From contig NW_026931211.1 of the NCBI RefSeq assembly GCF_032062105.1, positions 186,001 to 250,000 on the forward strand: a stretch of DNA of 64,000 nucleotides. The letters run 5' to 3'. The translations under genes and the position numbers were made by a program. The stretch's first letter is position 1. Each line of letters begins with the position of its first letter. The notes under the pieces are model-generated. The model saw only the letters and a list, made by a program, of their open reading frames with translations. It ran no database searches and was not told where the DNA came from. This document shows positions 15,690-27,698 of the stretch, piece after piece. This DNA comes from Saccostrea cucullata (lineage: Eukaryota).

Positions 15690-18600
15690 TATACAGTGTG
15701 TATGTCAGTAAAACTAAAAATCAGAAAATATGTACTTCAAATCTGTGTCCAGGCGCCTTAAACCCTTTCATATAATTTAATATCGAGTTTTTCTTTATTC
15801 AAATGCTATACATATTACATGTAGCTTCAAAACATACCAGTTTTCATATTTAGATCAGACAACAAATAGTCTCCTTCACTTCCCTCGTTCAGGCCTAGGA
15901 CCATTTTGTTGTTCCCAGTCTTTATCGTGTTCAATGAAACTCGAAATGAATGATCGCTGAAATCATCCTAGCTGGCAACATGATAACTTCTATACAGAAA
16001 CTCAGAATTCACTTGAAAATAAATCCGCACCTCATCAGATGTGGAACGGTGATTAAGCGTTACCGCTATATCGCTGACCCCTGAGGGTAGGTGGAGGAAG
16101 ACGGTGACGGCGCTTCTCCCGGGGTCAGAGAGAACCTTGTAGGGTTTTTCTTTTCTGAGCATGTTCGAGGTTGTCACGTGATGATACTCTGTACAGTTAT
16201 TTGTGTCTATCCAGGAAACTCTTCTCGGAACTGAGAAAAATAAAGATTAATTCATTGTTTAATTTAGAAGGTTCGTCGCTATTTAATTTATCTATAATCT
16301 ACCTTTGGAAAGGATTAATAAACCTTTAAAGCTTACTAGTTTTTAACCAAGGATATCTCTTCTTCGTTAGCAATCTTGAAGAGACTATTTGCGATAGAAT
16401 TCCATTAGTTTTCTTATTCTAAATCCCCTCTAGCTTGTAACAGAGCAAAAATTGTTATCTCTGTCATTGAAACATTAAAAAATCAGGAGCGGAGAAAACA
16501 TCAGAGGTGGGATCAGGTACCATGGAGGAGTGAGCATCCCCTGATGACCGGTCACATTCGTCGTGTGCCTTTTGCCATGATTGGGGAATGACGGGGGAAA
16601 TCTGTCGACAATTGTATATAAATAATTGCCTCACAATAAGTATAAAAAACGTCAGTCAGCATTTGGGTTAGGGTTAGAACATCTACATGCATCGTGTCTT
16701 TTTTCTCTCTCTCAAATAGACTGAATATTCATGATGCGAAAAGTATCTCAATTATTATTATTTCAAGAATTAGTCTTAATTTTATTAATTAGAATATCTT
16801 CATATCAAATATGCTTTAATCACTAGTACTTACCGCAAGATCCGTTGTAATCCATCAGCAATTGTAGTAAATATTAGAGATTCAATTAAAATTTATTTTT
16901 AAAAGTTCAAATTCTGTCACACTTTGTCAAAGAAGAAGCTAGGCACTGATATATGCGTTTTAATACTATTCTATGATAGTTGTCATTGAGAAAATAAAAA
17001 ATGAAAGTAACGAAACGAGGAGACAAATACTTGGAGGCGAAAAATGTGCAAACGATCGACGTCACAATTTCATTAGAACAGACAGACAGACAGATTAATC
17101 GCATAAGTAGTCTTTTTTCTGTATCTTGTAAAAATAAATTGATGTACATATTTTTAATGAAATCATGACTGTTCAAACAAAACTTCTAAAATTTGTGTCA
17201 CGATTCTGTCTTTGCCCTCCGATTTATAAACAAAAGACAGTTACAATATGGCATAGATCGTTGCTTTACAACCAATAAGACTATGAAAGCGCCGGATGAC
17301 CATCACAGCTCTCTGAATTTGTTGCTAAATCTGCCGTAATTTTTTGTGTTCCCCGTATATCATTTACTACATGTACCACTTTAAACAGGCTAAAATTCTG
17401 CAAATACTCTTCATGTTCTAACTACAATAACTTTGACGTCGAAGCAAGTCTGATCTATACATTTACTTGTATCTGATCATGAAGTAAATAGGGTTATTCC
17501 AAAGGTTACAATCTATTTTTGAAACACGATTGTACTAAATCGTCCACAAAATTTACTAGATTACACTCTAACATTGGTCCTTCACCTCTGATCTTTTGAC
17601 CTCAAAAATAGGATTTTACCTCCCTCCTTCCCAGGTTACCTGTCAAACCTGCAATGAGAGGTCAAATAACAGTGCACATATATGTTGAAGACGACACTGC
17701 ATTAATAGTGAATACTGGGGGAATGGAAGGGGGTCTTATGCTACATGTTCACCTGTATGGCATTTATGTCTTCCGATACAAAAGAGTTCTTCATACGAAC
17801 AATTTCTAAAACGAGGGACAGACTGCTGACAATGAAGTTGATGATACAAGGACATATCGTTTGAATAAAAATGTTACAATTATCATGGTCGCTTCACTGA
17901 CCTTGATTTGAAATGATACATGGAGGTGAATAATGACCGATATCTTTCACATTGTAAGACAAATATTTGGTGGAGATACACTCTTCTCTATTTTAATATT
18001 TTTTTTCTTCGATCATTTATTTCAACACATATTTGCACCATTGCATAATTTGAGGTAGGGGGGCTAGATTTTGGAGTCATTCTAAGAGAAACAGGAAACA
18101 TGGTAGAAGGAAGATTAAGACAAGGACGTTTTAAAGACTGAAAGGAAACATGCCAGAAATCTGTTTGAATTCCGATCGATCATTGTGGAAAACCAAGATT
18201 ATTAAGCATAGAAAAAGATGACGGAAGCAAAATATATTTGGTTTCTTTTTTTAAGAAAACGTTTATAAAAGATGTGAAATAGCAAAAATAGAAAATTACA
18301 ATATATTTACAAATTTTTAAAGTGTTTTGCTCTGTTTATCACCAAATTTTATTAGTGTTTTATCATATTCATTCCAAAAATATGAAAAAAGATTTAATGA
18401 TTTTCTTCGTTAAGGTAAGAATGAGATTCAGCATACATTGATTAAAGAATCTAAGGACAATTTGTATATTAGGTCGGGTAAATCCTTGAAAAGATTTGAT
18501 TTAAACGCTTAAATTTTTTCTTAAGTTTATCTATTGCTAAGTCGAATTTTTATTGATAGTTTTTATAGCAATTGTTAGCCATTATTTTCTCCATGAAAAG

Positions 18601-19100
18601 TCTAGGATTATTAAATGCAGCGACCGCTCAACCGATTTTGCATATCACAGTCTTATAATTTGGATAATAAGGAAAATGTAAATCATTTTTGTGTGATTAA
18701 ACAAAAATGTTTTACTTCCAATGGGAATAATAAGCATAAAATAGAGTAAAGCACATTTTCGTAAAAAACAAAGTAATTAAGCCATGCATTTGTCAAACTC
18801 TTTTTGAAACTAAGGATTCTAATTGTATGGCACCAATTTGGTAGGACATATTGAATTTAATTTAATGATAATAATGATTCAGTTTCATTTCTACCCTGAA
18901 ATGTTTAGAAAAAAATTGATAAAAATGCAGAGGTCTGTGTATGATCCAGCATAATATCGATCGAGTAAATATCACATTACAGCGTTAATATCACACTGGT
19001 TTGCTAATATCTTCTGGGCAATGTTATGTTCTGGACCGAGTTATCTTTCGTCCTTTGTAATAGAGTTCTTAACACCGGTCAAGCAAGGCACCGTCAGCCG

Positions 19101-19414
19101 CAATCGCATCATCTCGGGTCTTTCCGTCAGAGGTCGGAAAAACAACCTCGAATGTATTAACATCACCGGATGTTAAAAAATTATACATCTTCCTGTTTAT
19201 TCAAACATAGGATAGACGGAGATAGAAGTTCTTTCTATGGTATATTTTAGGTAATATCATTACATTGAATAAAGTTGAACTCCATATTCCACAGATGAAA
19301 GGTCTCCATGCATTTATTTCAAAGATCGTGAAAAGGGGGAGTTATAATGGCGTCTTCCTAGTACATTCGAAGTCGTTTTTCCGCTAGTCGGAAAGGCCCG
19401 AGAAGTTGCGATTG
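19101..19414. mobile_element. 314-bp MITE with 9-bp TSD (Mutator-like)
   Basis: TIR caatcgcatcatctcgggtctttccg / cggaaaggcccgagaagttgcgattg. TSD cgtcagccg / cgtctgccg. Absent at the paralogous site near 43447-43455. Confidence 0.8.
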
Positions 19415-19506
19415 CGTCTGCCGAAACAACGTAAAGTGAAAGAGAAACCAAAGCTTTTGGCTAGGTTTGGAGAGAAAGAAGACGTTTACACAAATCTGTA
19501 TACATG

Positions 19507-19774
19507 TATAGTGTTTCTCTCCAACATGACTGTGATGGCGGATACAGAGAAACAACTATGGTAAATATTCCGCACTTTACTTAGCTAGTGGTCGCCAATA
19601 ATATACACAATATCACAATGACTTACAGAGATTAGATAAACACGTCTTGTCGGGACTGCATCCAACACAAGAGAGAGAGAGAGAGAGTGTGTTACGTCAC
19701 AGTCCGCATCATTGCAGGACACGTGATCGGAGGCTACAGGGGAATTCGTCCCCAGCTCCTCCAGGACCACTACA
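19507..19774 (-). repeat. 3' LTR (268 bp)
   Basis: TGTAGT...ACTATA on the minus strand. Matches 27699-27962 except one substitution and 4 nt of microsatellite. Confidence 0.95.
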
Positions 19775-19788
19775 CTCCTCCCCATTTT
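19775..19788 (-). promoter_or_regulatory. Polypurine tract
   Basis: aaatgggggaggag immediately before the 3' LTR on the minus strand. Confidence 0.8.
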
Positions 19789-20189
19789 GTAACAGGGCGT
19801 AGCCCGTAAGATATATACAATTGGACAAACTATAATATACAAATAATAAAAAGTTAATACCTAGCATGGCCTATCTTACATACATGCACATGCATTCACA
19901 CAATAATAAATCTTTAAACATTAATGTCTCTAAAATAATAAAAATCACAGATTTAACAGTTCATAGCACAGTCACTCATCCTCCGCGTCATCTCGGAACA
20001 CCACGAGGTCCCTCGCTGTTACCATCCGACTCCTGTCGTCTACCACGTGGTCCAACGTTGATAAATCTGGAGATAGGCTCTGCTACGACGTCTACAGTGC
20101 GGCCAATAAATCAGGATTACCTGTTCCTGATTTAGGTAAGTACAGGTAAGTGCTCCGGGCTGCACGTCCCGGCTATAGTACAAATTAAT

Positions 20190-22045
20190 CTACAAGGACC
20201 CCCTCAACTGAGGCCCAAAAAACACCCTAAAATTTCTAAAAACCAAACCCGCTAGCAGGGCGACATCCTGTCCCCTCGCTGCGGCAACTCGACGGTACAT
20301 TTTTCCGATGTGCCTAGGGCCCATCGGAGCTTCAACTCCACAAGGGAAGTCGGGACTATCCGACTCGACTAACAATCTATCCGTAGGAATAGTCCTGACT
20401 CCTGACAACTGGATCGCGGACATCTCCGCGAACTGACCCCCTACTCCGAAGAATACGGGTCTGCCGGAATCTACCTAGAGCTTCACCTGCCCCGGTCCAC
20501 CAGTAAAGCCATGTATAAAGATAGGAACCAAAATAGGTACGAACATCAAGTCCCGATAGGTAAGACAATCTTGCGTAGGGACGCGGCCCAAAGGGTCGTA
20601 CGCAGTTTCCTTAATGACCAAAATCATCCCAGTACTGAATGTCGCCTGGCGGAAGAATTCCGCCAAGACAAACCTCTGACACCTAGGAGTGGCGGGACCG
20701 GAATAGTCCAGTCCAATCTCCCCCACTACGTAGTTCTTACTCCTACAAACTCCTACTACTCGGGCTACATCCGCCTGCAACACAAAGTCCGCAGACCCAG
20801 GGGAAATCCCCTGAGCCACAACCCACTGCGGATTGCCTAAATCCGAGAGAGGCACCTCCCGGAAACCGTATGTCACACAACCTCTAACCAGCTCCACTTT
20901 CAAGTCAACGGGGCGCTGATCTTCACTTAATAACTCCCCTACAGACTGTCCCCTACACCCCGGAATCTTCCTCGGGAACCACAAACTATCAATTACCTGA
21001 ATCAAAGGGACCTGAGGGTCCGCTGACCAGGAAGGCCCCGGCGCTCCTCTGCTGGCTCCTTCCTCCGGCGGAACTACAACAACAACCGGGGGTTGCGGAC
21101 TCTCCGCTACTACGGTCGTTGTCACCAAGCTTTCCCTAGAGCTTGGGAGACTGTCCGGCACAAGGACCAATCCGCTGACCATCGCCTCCGGAAGCAGTTC
21201 ATCTTCCCACGACTCTACCACATTGGAGCGCGACCGCTCTAAACAACTCCATGCCCCCATAAAATCAGCTCCATTGAGTAAAATAGCAATAACCCTGGGA
21301 TGTATAAGCATCGCCACGTGGGGCAATTCCCCCATCCGCACCCTGCGAATTTCCGGTTCTAAGGGTGGCACTATCCCCAAGTGCGCGGAGAACCTGGCCA
21401 TAAGATCTCTCACACCTGCCGAGAATCCCCACTCGACTTTCCCCATCCGCCTAACTACCCAGAGGCGGAGCTGACCCAGCAACTCGAAATCGCTGGCGCC
21501 CTCAGGGGATACCCTGAGCAGGCGGGCTAACTCAAGAAGGAACTCAAGGAACACTTTGCGATCGTCAATCCCCTAGATGGTATTCCCAAATTTGAGCTAA
21601 CATCGGGGTTGCCCCCGAGAACATCATACCGCATGCGTTAACCGCACATCTGCGGGTGCCCCTAGACCTAACACAACGCACCTGCGGGTAACAACCTTAA
21701 CCTAGCATAGTTAGACAACCCCGCACGTCCGACTCCCAGGGGTCGGGGTGCGCTGGCTTCCTGCCACCTCGCAGGCTCCTGCTCTCTAAGACTCAGCTCC
21801 ACAATCTCCACCTAGGAAGGCTCGAGCCGAACAGGCTCTCTTCGCCCAGCTGGCCGCAATGGAGGCGGCGCATCCGGAATCCCCGTGATGATCCCTCAGC
21901 CTCTTGGCGCTCCAAGGTTCCCTTCCGGCATTTCGGAATCACTCGCCGGTGCGGCCACTTCCGACTCCGCGTCGCTGCGTTCCCGCATCTCTTCCTCGGC
22001 GGAGCTTCCGCCCTCGAAGATAAACTCATCCATTTCCCCAGACAT
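20190..22045 (-). pseudogene. Extra ORF (env position) with C-terminal TatD-like TIM-barrel domain (about 20190-21000); disrupted
   Basis: VIDSLWF..GISP..VVGEIGLDY..IHGFTG..RLLVESDSP..RNFRVFF match the TatD motif order. One in-frame TAG at 20475 joins ORFs 20475-21554 and 20190-20423. The acidic N-terminal part is frameshifted. Confidence 0.8.
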
Positions 22046-22190
22046 CAGCTACGAACCCACAAAGACAGGTAAAATTATCAAACCTATGTCTAAACCTTCC
22101 ACTTCATGCACAACTCTACCTTAACTAGATGTAAACCCAACCGAGACTTGCACATGCTCCGGCATCATTGCGGGAACCTAACTGCTCTAC

Positions 22191-22604
22191 CTAGTCAGTG
22201 TCGACTCCGACGGGACTGCATTCGGGGTAGATATATTGAGGTACAGATTTAGCATAATCCTCACTAATACCTACACACCCAGGATGAAACCAGTCCCGGC
22301 AGTTGTCGCACTGCACCTTGGGATTAGACTGTAAGCAGACACAATATTTTCTGGTTTTAGCTCCCCTAGTGACTCTAGGTCTTTTGGGCGACTTGGGCTG
22401 TACGGACTGATCTAGTCTTTCCGTAACCCGCTTACGAGTACCCATATACGGACCTACTGACTCCGCTGGCTTGGGGCTAACTTTTGAGTGACCCCCACTC
22501 CCCGGGCTCTCAGGACTTAATCCTGAGTCCGCGGTCCCCAGCGGTACAACCACGCCATGTATAGGAGAACTCTCCCCACCTCGGGCTACTGGCTGTCCGG
22601 GCAA
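22191..22604 (-). pseudogene. Integrase C-terminal extension ending in a PHD finger
   Basis: YCVC..VQCDNCRDWFHPGCVG..YIYPEC is a C4HC3 pattern with the 7th ligand C>Y. In frame with integrase across one stop at 22638. Confidence 0.8.
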
Positions 22605-22637
22605 CTTATTCTTATAGTTAATTAACCATTTGGGGAG

Positions 22638-25600
22638 TTACCTGGACTCGCACCTTTTAAGCTTGTCATGGTGCATAACCTTGACCTTGCACCGAGATTT
22701 GACAACAAATATTGTGACCGATTTGGCTTCGACTATGATCCCAGGACCTCTCCAGACTGACTCTACCTTTTTTCCCGCATTGCGGCGCCAGTAAACCAAA
22801 TCTCTGACCTTGAACTTGCTGGTACGGACCTTAATGTCATGCGACCTTTTCACTGCGCGCCCCAGCATTAACCGATTTGGTGTATACCCTGTCTGGCGAT
22901 TGACCGCGGACCGCAATCCTCCAGCCAATGGGCCTAGGTACTTATCCCATGACTTGGGCTGGCCATCGACGTAGCAACGAACCGCGTCCATTAGAGTCAG
23001 GTTATAGCGCTCTACCTGGCCATTCCCTGACGGACGGTAGGGTGTGGTCCTGGCTTTGTGTATCCCTAACATGGCGCAAATCTTACAGAACAGCTCACTT
23101 TCGAAGTTACGGCCCTGATCTGTAAAGATTTCGTAGGGATAGCCAAATCGAGAAAAGAAGTCATTGATAGCGGAATGGGCTGTAACCTCCGCTGTTTGAG
23201 ACGGAAGCGGAATACACTCTACCCACTTGGTAAAGTTATCTACCATCATAAGAATGTATTCGTTTCCGCTATCAGTTCGGGGAAGCGGCCCGAGAAAGTC
23301 CAAATGTACCCTCTCCATCGGGCTTCCGGCTTGATAGCTCTTGAGCTTGGATCTGTTCGGCAACGAACCTCGCTTGTTCCTCGCACATACATCGCAAGTC
23401 TTGACATATAGCTTAATGTCCTTTGTAATGCGCCACCAGTAGAACTGTTGCTTAAGGCCCTCTTTAGTTCTTTGGATTCCCTGGTGGCCGGAGGACGGTA
23501 TGTCGTGACATAAGTGCATGATCTCGGATCGGAGACTCCGCGGCACTAGGAGCCGACGGGGCGCATCCGAGTCATCGGGTTCTCACCAAACAACTCCCGA
23601 CTCGTCGAGATAAAAACAGTCTCGTTCCAGAAGGTAGCACTTCTCTTCCGGACTGCTAACGGTTGGTAAAGTCCCAGACTCTAAGTACTGTCTTAGGTAT
23701 ACTATAGCTTAGTTGTTTTTCTGTTTCTGAGCTAAATCTGCGGAAATGTATGAAGATAGCGAAATTCCCGCAGTGTCACCTTTTAACTGACAGACTTGAG
23801 GACTAACCGTCTCAATCTTGGGATCTAAACTCGACACCCCACTGACATTAATCTGAAAACTGGGAAGTGCAGACGCACTTACAGTCAAAGGAGTATCTTC
23901 CCAAGGACTAGAAACAATGGCCTGACGGAGAGTGGGATCTAACGAATCACAGTTACCCCCTCAGCGGACGGACTTTCCGCTGGCACAGGCGTTTCGTCAA
24001 AGAGTTGGGACAAAGGAATTTCATCGTCTATTTCGGTGTTAAACTCATGCCAGCGTTCGTGGGCTCGGCGGCAATAACGGCATCCGCCGCAGGGCAGGTC
24101 TTCGACCCTAATTCTCGTCGAGTACCCCTGGCATGAATCGGGTATGTCCCGGGACAGAACATCGGCATTCACATGCTTCTTTCCCGGGCGGTGTACGATC
24201 CGCATATTGTACTGGCTCAGTTCTTCGAGCCATCGAGCGATTTGGTTCTGCGGATGCTTGAAGTTCATTAGTCAGACCAGGCTATGGTGATCGGTCCTGA
24301 CCGTGAACTCGCGACCCAGCAGGTAATGGCGGAATTGTCTGGTAAACTTAATAACCGCCAATAGCTCTTTTCGAGTAGTACAATACTGCGCTGTTCTGCG
24401 GATAGCACAGCACTCCCATACCCTATTGTTCTTTCTTTCCCACCCTGGACTTGGCTTAATTCCCTGCCTACGGCATAATCCGAGGCGTCAGTATCCAGGA
24501 TGAAATGACCTGTACTGTTCTGTATCGCTAGAACTGGAGGATTGGTCATTAACTGAATGAGTTCCTCGAAAGCATTATGCTGCTCTTCACCCCACCGGAA
24601 ACCGCCTTTTCCAGTTACTGCATACAGCGGAGCCGCAATTCTGGAGAAGTGAGGGATGAAACTACGGTGATAATTGGCGAAGCCAAGAAAACGCTCTACG
24701 CCCTTAACATCACGCGGAACTGGCCAGTCACGTACTGACTCAATGTACTGATCCTCCATCTAAACTCCGTGCTCGCTCACGGTTCTACCAAGGAACTCGA
24801 CCTTAGTCTTAAACAGCTGGCATTTCCGAGGCTTGAATTTAAGGCCATATGCTCCGAATCGCTCAAACACTTGTCGTAGGTTATCAAGGTGAGCTTGCGC
24901 CGAAGATCCTAGGACTAGGATATCGTCTAAGAAAGCTAAGGCGATCTTCCAGGTAAGTCTATGTAATACCAAATTTACGGCCCTAGCGAAGGTCGCGGGG
25001 GCATTACACAGACCAAACCCCATTCTAGTAAATTCGAATAAGCCGTACTTTGTTATAAAAGGCAGTCTTTTTCCAGTCTTCCGGGGCTATTTTAACCTGC
25101 CAATAAGCCGCGTTATCGTCAAGCTTGGAGAACCAGCGGTTTCCCGCTAGCGTGTCCATGCACTCCTCGATGAGTGGCAGAGGGTACGTGTCCTTGACTG
25201 TCACATTATTCAGGGCTCTATAATCCACGCACCAACGGAAGTTGCCATCCTTCTTCCGGACCAGAAATGGGGCGGACGCCCAGTCTGAAGAAGACGGCTG
25301 GATAACTCCGGCTTTTAACATCTTATCGAGATGACCCTCTTCCTCCCCTTGAAAAACAGTGGGGGAGCGTCGCATCCGCTGCTTGATGGGAGACGCGTTA
25401 CCGGTGTCTATTCGGTGTTCGATCTCGGAAAAACTTCCGAGATTAAGGTCATCTGTAGCAAAGACGTCGGCAAATTTTTTGACTAGCTCCGCTGCCCGAG
25501 ATCTGACTTCCACAGGCGCGGTCTTATTTAACTGCTCTAAGAGTGGGGCGATATGGTCATAGTTCTTATCCCCCTCAAAGGTTACACGACGCACTGTGGG

Positions 25601-26224
25601 CTTAGTATCATTGACTAGATCGGCGGGGACGGCTTTCCCCACCTTAGTGCCAGTCTTAACAATATGACTTCGATCTGTCAAGTTCAAGATGCACAGCTTG
25701 GCTCTGTTTCCTGCAGCGTTGTATGTTCCCGAGGTTACTATACCAGGCGGAAATATGCTAGCTGGTTCTAGCATAAACTCTGGCATATCGGAAATAAGGG
25801 TACTCTCGATAATTTGGGCAGTGTGCGGGGGAATCCGCACTCTGCGGACTGAAACCGCATCGAGTATTGGTACTGACTCATCAACACTCAAAGCAAATGT
25901 AGTGTAGGGAAAGTGCCCTGGCTCTTGGCACTCGTGACATATAATAGGCTTCGGTGCGCGAGGAAGTCCCCTGTTCGGTGACGGATCCCTCGAGGACCCT
26001 CGCTCGGGACTTGATCCTCGGGTGCTGTCCTCCGAGTCGCTGGAGTAGTATTTGCTATACGAGTCCCGATCCGGCGACTCGGAACGGTCCCTGCTGGCAC
26101 GGCGATCAGAACGGTCCCTGCTGGCACGATTAGAGGAACGGTCCCTGCTGACACGATTAGGACGGTCCCTGTTGGCACGATCAAAGGAACGGTCCCTTGA
26201 CTCCGAGCGCCCTCTGCGTGCCAC
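22638..26224 (-). pseudogene. Gypsy gag end and pol (RT, RNase H, integrase), multiply disrupted
   Basis: RT: WASAP..RWCVDYRALN..YPLP, MGFGLCNAPATF, FLDDILV. RNase H: FILDTDASD, RPGKKHVNADVLSR. Integrase: HHCC, HLDFLGP, FTDQGRNF, GNGQVER. Confidence 0.93.
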
Positions 26225-27470
26225 GTAAAGATCTTGACACTCAGAATCTTATCTGGCCCGATAATAACCCAAATTTGGCGACTGACTCCTGTCATTTTGA
26301 CGGTCTCTAGATAGGGATCTTACCGCTCTCGGCCAGCGGCCTAAAGCTCTGCGACTAAGCTGATAAGTTTTCTCTTAATCGCTTCTTCTAGAGTCCCCGG
26401 GGGATTATTAATTAACTGCTGCCCCGCCTCGCCGTCATTACACCCCAGAGCAAAACGAACGACTATTTGCTCTTGGAAAACTTCCGGCGAAATTCCGCTA
26501 CCGAACGCTTTCTGGGCAGTGTCCATTACGCGGTCCCCCAATTGCTCTATAGCTTCGTCCGCTCGCTGGCAGATAGAATTAAATTCCAGCTGTGAGGGAA
26601 GTTTTACCGAATCTCTCCTTCATCCGGAGAACGACTTCTCGGAAACTTAACAGCGCGCCTCGTCGCCTGAAGATATCAAAGTACTTAAGAGCTGCCCCCT
26701 CTAGTGTGAGACTTAGGGCAAACAGAGAGTCGGGATCACTCCACTGATGATATTCGGCTATAGTGGAGAACTTGGCATAAAACGGACCCCATTCAACATC
26801 CCCGTTATATATCACCCCTTTGACCTCGGCCGGAATATTTTTACTGACACAGCTACGGGTACCAGCGGGAAGTAAACTTGGCAGTTGACTCTGGTTCGCG
26901 GTGGTCATTAGCGAATGACCCTGTACTGCATTAGGCAAACCCCTATGACTAGGCACGAGCGACGGACTACCACCTAATGTAACTGACTCCCCAACCAACC
27001 TACCATAGTGGCCAGCGCCCTGACCACTCGAGTTAGCAACACTAGGATGCGCGGACGCTAAGGGCACGGTCGCGGAAGTACCCACTCGGGTGCACCATGC
27101 AACCTGACCCGGGACCGGTGGGTCCGTGCTGGGAAGCACTGGGTAATCGGCCCCCAGACGCAAATGAACCCAAAGTAATAGGACTCGGAAGTCCCGAGGC
27201 TAAACTGTCATTGCCAAATGATGATAGGGAATGACCTTGAGACATTTTTACACTGTGTCCCCCCACAGAAACAGGTACAGACTCTCCGCTATGTGCGGAC
27301 ACTACTGGGGTCACTGCAGGAGTGCGCCAGGGACCCAAGGACTCCCCTGGCTACTAGTCACAACTGACTGACTGACTTTAATATCCTGCATGGGCGGGGG
27401 TGACTGAGGCTGACTAGCCTTCATTAATCCAGCCAATATTTGCGTAATATTACTTAATTGGCCCCCCATA
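26225..27470 (-). pseudogene. Gypsy gag, disrupted (start approximate)
   Basis: YNGDVEWGPFYAKF..W..LSLTLEGAALKYF..MKERFG, then RVMDTAQKAF..VRFALG..PGTLEEAI (retrotransposon gag pattern). Confidence 0.75.
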
Positions 27471-27680
27471 TTTGTCTCCAAAGACCCAACCTGTTTATTA
27501 AAACCACATAGAAATATCTCGCGGCTAATCCGCTAAGAACATATAACAATGTACAAAATACGAAAGAAACTTTAACCTTATATAATTACATTACATAATA
27601 AAAAGGTACTAAAAATCCAAGATGGAGACGGCACTAGCTAACATGTGCTAGGCCGGCACCCCGCTGCCCAGACAAATAAC

Positions 27681-27697
27681 CCTGGGTCGCAGCGTCA
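27681..27697 (-). promoter_or_regulatory. Primer-binding-site-like sequence
   Basis: tgacgctgcgacccagg lies one nt after the 5' LTR and resembles a TGG-started PBS. The tRNA identity was not established. Confidence 0.5.
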
Positions 27698-27698
27698 A

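Larger units (their letters stand above)
13395..16855 (-). pseudogene. Copy A of the triple beta-sandwich-domain gene. Exons 16855-16834, 16230-15838, 15271-14868, 13795-13395
   Basis: Colinear with copy B and splice sites are retained. TCG>TAG stop at 15968-15970 in exon 2, 1-nt deletion near 15218 in exon 3 (404 vs 405 nt), exon 4 open. Confidence 0.8.

Noticed and set aside
16664-16677. Telomeric repeat gggttagggttag (also near 40603)
   Set aside because: Only two units, duplicated with the segment; consistent with chance
20190-21554. Host TATDN gene or bacterial contamination
   Set aside because: It lies inside LTRs with a TSD and a paralogous empty site, and is intronless and co-oriented with pol
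22191-27470. Systematic G-to-A hypermutation of the Gypsy element
   Set aside because: Only the stop at 20475 fits TGG>TAG clearly; other lesions are indels or other substitutions, and no consensus is available to test
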